Assembly (NCBI GenBank): GCA_048882505.1
Contig: JBHLRO010000001.1
Location: forward strand, 90,001-122,000
Direction of reading: 5' to 3'
Origin: Candidatus Thorarchaeota archaeon
GTDB lineage: Archaea; Asgardarchaeota; Heimdallarchaeia; Hodarchaeales; Hodarchaeaceae
DNA length: 32,000 nucleotides
How positions within the stretch are numbered: the first letter of the stretch is position 1; each line of letters starts with the position of its first letter. Positions 26,681 to 32,000 of the stretch are shown here, piece after piece. The notes under the pieces are model-generated. The model did not search any database and was not told where the DNA came from. It saw only the letters and a list, made by a program, of their open reading frames with translations. Made by a program: the position numbers and the translations under genes.

Positions 26681-28135
26681 TTGGTGATTTACCTCAATCA
26701 ATTATCCTTAATAATACCTCATGTTATCCTAAATACGGATTTCTTCCTACAAACCCTGGATTTACACGTCGCAGAGGTGTTCTACGTCACCCTCGGGATT
26801 CTGTTTGTTTTGCCTTTCTTCACAATTTACCTTCTTCCCAAAGCGAATTCTCCCTTTATAACTATCAAAGGACTCATTAAGCTCCTTTTAATGGATATTT
26901 TCTTCCTTTTGATTCTATTGATAATCGAGTTCCTGGGAAATCCAAGCACTCCTATCTTCGGATTATTAATCTTTCAAACTCAAACTTCCGAATTTTTCAT
27001 TGTGGGCTTTTTATGGTTTTTTATTTATCTTACGATTTTTTACCCGAGTTATTTGGATTTATTAAGGCAGAATATAATCTATAACTCGGATCTCTCACAC
27101 CAAGAGTTGGTAGAATCCATTGAAAAGTCAATTAGCGCACTTCGGGGAAGGAGAATGAGATCCGATGAAAACCTTCCCAACTTCTTCCAATATTATATCC
27201 CCGGTGCTTACTATCTAACATATTACCTAAACGTATTAATTGGAGACAGAGATGAAGAATCGAATGTTTCTAAGGTGAATTTTACATTTAGTCATTCCGT
27301 TCGTAACCTCAACATTCTTAAGTTTCTTGTTTTCCTTATGTTTGGAATAATTCTCCTCGGCCGATCCGATTGGACTTTAAGACCGACTGTGTTTGGCACC
27401 ATTGTCGACGCAGAAATTATTTTTACCGTACTGGCATTAGGATTCATTTTTTTCAATTTACTTATTGCTTACACCTGTGAAAATCTGATGTTTCAGCGTG
27501 AGGCCGCCCACAAAAAGATGATTCTTGATTTCGGTCAATTATCTTCAAAAAAACCCGATTTGGACGAAATCCGTGAACAAGCACGAACGAGGCTGGGAAT
27601 AACAAAGGAAGAACTCACAATTGCGGAAATCAAGAAGCGAGCACGCGAGAAATTGGACTCATCCGTTCAAAAAGTAGAAAAAGAAAGAAAAGAAAGGATC
27701 GATACTATCCTAGATCGTACAGATTCAACCCTCAATCCAAAAATTAGTCCTGGGGTCATTCGGATGGAAACCTTAATCCGAGAAACAAAGAAGATATTAA
27801 ATGCAACGCCTGTGGCAACATCCGTGAAACTAGAGCAGATAGTTGAAATGTTGGGGACAAAAAAGACATCGAATGACGAGATCGAGTCCATAATAATCGG
27901 ATTGGTAAATAAGCGGGAAGTTCGCGGCGAATATGACATCTGGAGAAAAACCTATTTAGGGGGTACCGCTAGAAATCGTTTCATTGATCGAACATTGGAA
28001 AATATGGAAATTGGCAAAGGTGACTTAGACTCATTGAATGTTAGCGGGGAATCAATAGAAGTTACCTTTCGAAGCCCTCACCGTGAAAATGAAAAAGGAG
28101 ACAAAATGAGGATTAAAAAGAAAGAGTCAGGATGA
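26681..28135 (+). CDS. Hypothetical polytopic membrane protein with a coiled coil and a C-terminal PCI/winged-helix-like domain
   Basis: About five TM segments, a charged helical linker, then SVKLEQIVEMLG....DEIESIIIGLVNKREVRGEYD. The exact start is uncertain. Confidence 0.75.
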   Translation: MVIYLNQLSLIIPHVILNTDFFLQTLDLHVAEVFYVTLGILFVLPFFTIYLLPKANSPFITIKGLIKLLLMDIFFLLILLIIEFLGNPSTPIFGLLIFQTQTSEFFIVGFLWFFIYLTIFYPSYLDLLRQNIIYNSDLSHQELVESIEKSISALRGRRMRSDENLPNFFQYYIPGAYYLTYYLNVLIGDRDEESNVSKVNFTFSHSVRNLNILKFLVFLMFGIILLGRSDWTLRPTVFGTIVDAEIIFTVLALGFIFFNLLIAYTCENLMFQREAAHKKMILDFGQLSSKKPDLDEIREQARTRLGITKEELTIAEIKKRAREKLDSSVQKVEKERKERIDTILDRTDSTLNPKISPGVIRMETLIRETKKILNATPVATSVKLEQIVEMLGTKKTSNDEIESIIIGLVNKREVRGEYDIWRKTYLGGTARNRFIDRTLENMEIGKGDLDSLNVSGESIEVTFRSPHRENEKGDKMRIKKKESG

Positions 28136-28222
28136 TTTTGCGGAGCTAAGTGGTTAAGGAGAAAGAATTAGGTTAGACTCGCCTGGAGCGTCATCTCAAT
28201 AAGTGATATAACAAAACCTCGA

Positions 28223-29209
28223 TTGATTGACACACATGGGAGAACAGCGACCAATTTCCGTATATCGGTGATTGATCGATGTAATCTCAGATGCTCGTAT
28301 TGTATTCAATCAGATGAGGGAATAGCGTGGCTTGAAAAAGGCAAATTATTGACTTTTCCTGAAATTTTAAGGATAACTCAGCTCGTTGCAGAACTAGGGG
28401 TCGATCAGCTTAGAATTACAGGCGGGGAGCCATTGGTACGCCCAGGAGTATGTGGCCTTATTTCAAAACTAAGAATGATTGATGGTATTGATCGTATTTC
28501 CATGACCACAAATGGAGTTTTATTGAATAAGTATTTAACTGACCTAGAGACAGCTGGATTATCCAGTCTTAATATATCTCTAGATACTTTAAACGAAACG
28601 AAATTTAAGAAGATTACAAGCAAGAATCATTTTGGAAAAGTGATCGATTCCATTAAAAATGCCCGAAGGACATCCATCCGCGTGAAAGTCAACACTGTCG
28701 CCATAAAAGGGTTTAATGACAATGAAATCCTCGATTTTGTCGATTTTGCCATCAATAATGACCTTACATTGAGATTCATTGAGTTTATGCCTTTTGCAGG
28801 AAATGCGTGGAATTCGAACAATGTGATTTCTGCCCAGAAAATACGCCAGATTGTTGGAAGACGATATAAGCTGTTTCCTGAACCTCTTGACCATCCGTCC
28901 CAGACTAGCCGCATCTATCAACTTGATGGCACCTCAGCAAAGATTGGATTTATTGCCAGCGTTACTGAATCATTCTGTAAATGGTGTAATAGATTGAGAT
29001 TGACGGCAGATGGGAATCTTAGAACCTGTTTACATAGTTTTAATGAAACCCCCTTAAGAGATCTTTTAAGAAACGGCGTATCAGATCTTGACCTGAAGAA
29101 AAATATTGTTAACGCTGTTCGTTTGAAGCAGAAAGAGCACGTCAACTTCCTAGATCCGAATTTCCTCCCTATCGAGGATGATCGGGAGATGATCCGGATA
29201 GGAGGATGA
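28223..29209 (+). CDS. moaA: GTP 3',8-cyclase MoaA (radical SAM)
   Basis: CNLRCSYC, RITGGEP, NISLDTL, RFIEFMP, FCKWCNRLRLTADG.LRTCL and C-terminal MIRIGG. Confidence 0.97.
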   Translation: MIDTHGRTATNFRISVIDRCNLRCSYCIQSDEGIAWLEKGKLLTFPEILRITQLVAELGVDQLRITGGEPLVRPGVCGLISKLRMIDGIDRISMTTNGVLLNKYLTDLETAGLSSLNISLDTLNETKFKKITSKNHFGKVIDSIKNARRTSIRVKVNTVAIKGFNDNEILDFVDFAINNDLTLRFIEFMPFAGNAWNSNNVISAQKIRQIVGRRYKLFPEPLDHPSQTSRIYQLDGTSAKIGFIASVTESFCKWCNRLRLTADGNLRTCLHSFNETPLRDLLRNGVSDLDLKKNIVNAVRLKQKEHVNFLDPNFLPIEDDREMIRIGG

Positions 29210-29261
29210 GCTGGATTTCGAACGATCAGATAAGCCTTATCTAATCATTATAAATCCTTAA

Positions 29262-30017
29262 TCAAAATACCATTTTCCCGGAAAGAAAGTCTGCCGTTTG
29301 TGCATCTCGCGGCGAGGAAAAAACCTCGGATGTTTTTCCGCTTTCAATGATTTTGCCATTCACTAGGACTGCAACCTTATCCGTAATCCTTCGCGCCTGG
29401 AATAGGTTGTGCGTGACGATAACTACGGTTCCCTTGAACTTTTTCATATTTTTCTCGATATTCCTGACATTGGCCGGATCTAGATTTTGTGTAGGTTCAT
29501 CTAGCAGCAAAACACGCGGCTCTATCGCCATTGCCCGTAACAAACACACGCGTTGCTTTTCTCCCCCCGATAATGATGCACTGTCCCTTTGTAAGAGCCC
29601 ATCAAGATCAAAAGATGACATTAGCTGTTTGAGAAAGCCCGGATCTTTTTGTTTTCTGATCTTCAGACCGTAGTGGACGTTATATCCCACGGTTCCTTTG
29701 AACAAAACCGGGTGCTGATGAATGAAAATAAGCTCCCTCCGAACTTCTTTGAGTTTAATCCCATTGTGATTGGGAAGGATTTTTTGACTCTCAAAGTAGT
29801 ATTCGCCACGAATTAAACTGAATGGGAGTAATAGTGCCAGGGCCTTTAGAAGAGTCGTTTTACCTGCACCAGAAGGGCCCACGATTCCAAGGATTTCATT
29901 CGGATAGATATCGAGATTTATATCCTGCAAAATAAGAGGAGAATCGTCATTACTGAGACCTCCATAAACCCCGAATTTCCGTAATTGAATCAATGGATTA
30001 GGGTCATCTAAGTTCAT
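29262..30017 (-). CDS. tupC: Tungstate-type ABC transporter ATP-binding subunit
   Basis: Walker A GPSGAGKT, signature LSGGEKQR, Walker B LLLDEP, H-loop VTH. Its ATG directly abuts the stop codon of the TupB-like permease. Confidence 0.85.
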   Translation of the reverse strand: MNLDDPNPLIQLRKFGVYGGLSNDDSPLILQDINLDIYPNEILGIVGPSGAGKTTLLKALALLLPFSLIRGEYYFESQKILPNHNGIKLKEVRRELIFIHQHPVLFKGTVGYNVHYGLKIRKQKDPGFLKQLMSSFDLDGLLQRDSASLSGGEKQRVCLLRAMAIEPRVLLLDEPTQNLDPANVRNIEKNMKKFKGTVVIVTHNLFQARRITDKVAVLVNGKIIESGKTSEVFSSPRDAQTADFLSGKMVF

Positions 30018-30737
30018 TTAATCCGCCTTTCTTGGAATGAAAATTCTTTGGGTATGCTGAAAATAGGTAAAAAGTATGTTCATGGCAAAGGCCGTAGTCA
30101 AAAGGATTAAACCCAGAGCAAGGGCGAATCCCCATCTTCCTGCGGCAATCTCTTTACCAATGGCCGTAGTTAAGGTTCGGGTTCTCCATCGAATGTTCCC
30201 TCCTACAATTTGGATAGCCCCGATTTCCGAGATCGCTGCTCCAAAGGCCGCAATGAACGCAGCCACGATTTCAGTACGTACTTCCCGAATCTGTAACCAT
30301 ATTAACTGTAATGGTGTCGCCCCCAACGTTATTGCCGCCTCTTTAACACTTGGATCAATGTTTGAAACTGCACTAGCCGAAAGTCCGATTATAATTGGTA
30401 AGGCTAGGATTAGTTGCGCTATCATCATAGCAGTTTCTGTTAATAGAAGATGAACAAGACCTAGGGATCCACTAGATGAGAATAATACGAAAATTAGCAG
30501 CCCCATTACAACTGGAGGAAAGGACATCCCTGTATTCACTGTGACCAAAATAAATCTTTTTCCTGGTAGGTCTCGGGAACCAAAGATGATACCCAACGGG
30601 ATCCCAATTATCCCAGCCAAAATAACGGCTGTCAGGGAGACTCGTAATGATAAGATAGTAATATACAATACTTCTGCATCTAAGGTAATAATTAATGTTA
30701 TTGCTTGGATTAAAGATTCCAGTAATTCGTTTGACAA
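30018..30737 (-). CDS. tupB: Tungstate ABC transporter permease TupB
   Basis: NTGMSFPPVVMGL, MMIAQLILALPII, AAFGAAISEIGAIQIVGGNIRWRTRTLTTAI match TupB-type permeases as I recall them. Confidence 0.88.
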   Translation of the reverse strand: MSNELLESLIQAITLIITLDAEVLYITILSLRVSLTAVILAGIIGIPLGIIFGSRDLPGKRFILVTVNTGMSFPPVVMGLLIFVLFSSSGSLGLVHLLLTETAMMIAQLILALPIIIGLSASAVSNIDPSVKEAAITLGATPLQLIWLQIREVRTEIVAAFIAAFGAAISEIGAIQIVGGNIRWRTRTLTTAIGKEIAAGRWGFALALGLILLTTAFAMNILFTYFQHTQRIFIPRKAD

Positions 30738-30758
30738 TCTTGTTCAATCCTTGGCGGC

Positions 30759-30777
30759 GCCATTTTTTTTAAATGGC
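30759..30777 (-). promoter_or_regulatory. TATA-like element inside a 7-bp inverted repeat upstream of tupB
   Basis: Minus strand reads GCCATTTAAAAAAAATGGC; the TTTAAAAA core lies about 30 nt upstream of the tupB start. Confidence 0.35.
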
Positions 30778-31119
30778 AAGAACTGGATGTATCACCCATT
30801 TCTATGCAAGAATAAAACCTCCCCTGTGCGATCAATAGTTTTTTCTCGAGAATTCAAAACTCGAGTTAACGCACTAAGATACTTGTCGATCATGAAACGA
30901 ATTGGCTTATTGTAATATTGCCTAGCCAGAACCTTTTCATAAGAGATTAAACCACATCTCCAATATTTTGGCGGCTTATCGGCCGAAATTATTCCTAACT
31001 TCGGATTTTCTAATTCAGATTGCTTGATTTATCATTGAACAAACAGGGTGCCCAATGATCTTATGAACCAAGAGATGTAGTTAGGAGGATATCTTGTGGG
31101 TTAAGGTAGGCGAGCGATC

Positions 31120-31989
31120 CTGCAACTCTATTTCAAACATCTACTTCCAAGCTACCAAGAATGGCGGGAGGAACCATTTACTCCGTGGCGTTTTGAGGAA
31201 TACGTCTTTTTTTCTGTTTTAGGCTTCTTTGAATCAAATCTGCTAGATGATCCCGAGTTTTCTCTGAAAGAAATCGTTCAATGCGAATCTATCTTTATGG
31301 ATTCTGGAGCTTTCGCTGCGGCATCCCTAGGTTTTACGTTAGACCCATTCGAAATTGCAGAAATGCAATCACGCCTTAAAGCAGATCTGATAGTACCTTT
31401 GGACGAAATTATTTTCTCTGAAGATGACGAAGATATAATTAACCAAAAGCTCACAAGCACAATTCTTAACACGGAAATCCTGATTGATTTAAAATCAATA
31501 GAGAGTGAAATCGTTGGACCTCTCCAAGGGCTGTCCCTAGACATTATAGAACGTCTGTTTGATACTTACAGATCACTAGGAATCAAGAAATTCGCTCTCG
31601 GGGGACTAGTTTTTCAATCGAGTCTCAAACAGACTATTGAGCAAATTAAAAAGGTTCGACGACTCACTAAGGGATATTCTTTACATATCTTTGGACGATT
31701 TCTTCACCCTACATTGTTACAGCCGATTATGGAAGCAAAGGTTGATTCGGTGGACGGTTTTGGATATATCATCAAGTCTGTGAAAGGGATGTATATTCAG
31801 CAGGAGAACAGAAAATATGTCGCTATTGGAGCCTTAGAATCTGTGGAGGAGTGTTCGTGTTCTGTTTGCCTGAACAATGATATCTTGGACTTTCAACGAG
31901 GGGATGAGACGGCCCAGTATCTCTTGATCCAACATAACATTAGGGCACTAATCGACATCAAGAACCGATATTTATCGGAGCTGTATTGA
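31120..31989 (+). CDS. tRNA-guanine transglycosylase (TGT) family protein, short atypical form; start unresolved
   Basis: MDSGAF, ADLIVPLDE, GPLQG, ALGGL, LHIFG, VDSVD and Zn site CSCSVC...HN. The frame is open from 31105, and the track ATG at 31297 falls on the active-site DSG motif, so the true start must be upstream. Confidence 0.8.
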   Translation: MQLYFKHLLPSYQEWREEPFTPWRFEEYVFFSVLGFFESNLLDDPEFSLKEIVQCESIFMDSGAFAAASLGFTLDPFEIAEMQSRLKADLIVPLDEIIFSEDDEDIINQKLTSTILNTEILIDLKSIESEIVGPLQGLSLDIIERLFDTYRSLGIKKFALGGLVFQSSLKQTIEQIKKVRRLTKGYSLHIFGRFLHPTLLQPIMEAKVDSVDGFGYIIKSVKGMYIQQENRKYVAIGALESVEECSCSVCLNNDILDFQRGDETAQYLLIQHNIRALIDIKNRYLSELY

Positions 31990-32000
31990 CCCATGGAGCA

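Noticed and set aside
26635-26880. 81 aa ORF between tatA and the membrane protein
   Set aside because: It overlaps the long membrane-protein ORF in another frame and has no motif.
26681-28135. Calling this gene tatC because it follows tatA
   Set aside because: No TatC signature motifs, and the long soluble C-terminal half does not fit TatC.
30472-30915. Plus-strand ORFs 30472..30747 and 30541..30915 as a possible tupA
   Set aside because: Wrong strand, largely antisense to tupB, and no binding-protein features.
1-32000. CRISPR arrays, tRNA/rRNA genes, transposases, integrases and defence islands
   Set aside because: None recognised by eye; no regularly spaced repeats or characteristic motifs. 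A covariance-model scan could still reveal small RNAs.

Overview
A gene-dense prokaryotic housekeeping/accessory region. It is most likely archaeal: TATA-like promoters, oligo-T terminators, a group II GGGP-synthase-family gene, archaeal-type TatA and receiver-PAS. A PCI-like domain hints at Asgard archaea, but that is inference only. I found no rRNA, tRNA, CRISPR array or mobile element. Recognisable genes are a Zn-dependent MDR dehydrogenase running off the left edge (absent from the ORF track), an S8 protease, a receiver-PAS protein, a HAD hydrolase, an ACT protein, a PAP2_3/AUR1-like enzyme, an alpha/beta hydrolase, dodecin, a TrkA/RCK channel-like protein, aconitase, MoaD, a tungsten AOR-family oxidoreductase, a GGGPS-family protein, PHP and DHH phosphoesterases, an SPFH protein, an LLM oxidoreductase, DinB, an MFS transporter, TatA, MoaA, TupBC and a TGT-family protein. 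The most interesting observations are: (1) two dispersed paralogs of an unrecognised ~260 aa family with a possible GNAT-like fold; (2) a short, atypical TGT-family gene (DSGAF motif) whose N-terminal coding region lacks an ordinary start; (3) a polytopic membrane protein with a PCI-like C-terminus directly behind tatA; (4) a MoaD whose di-glycine is capped by an extension; (5) an unannotated LLM gene remnant with an in-frame stop; and (6) several family members that have lost their signature residues (K+ filter, receiver Asp, dodecin flavin residues, GGGPS motifs). All family calls come from motifs recognised by eye; no database search was run.
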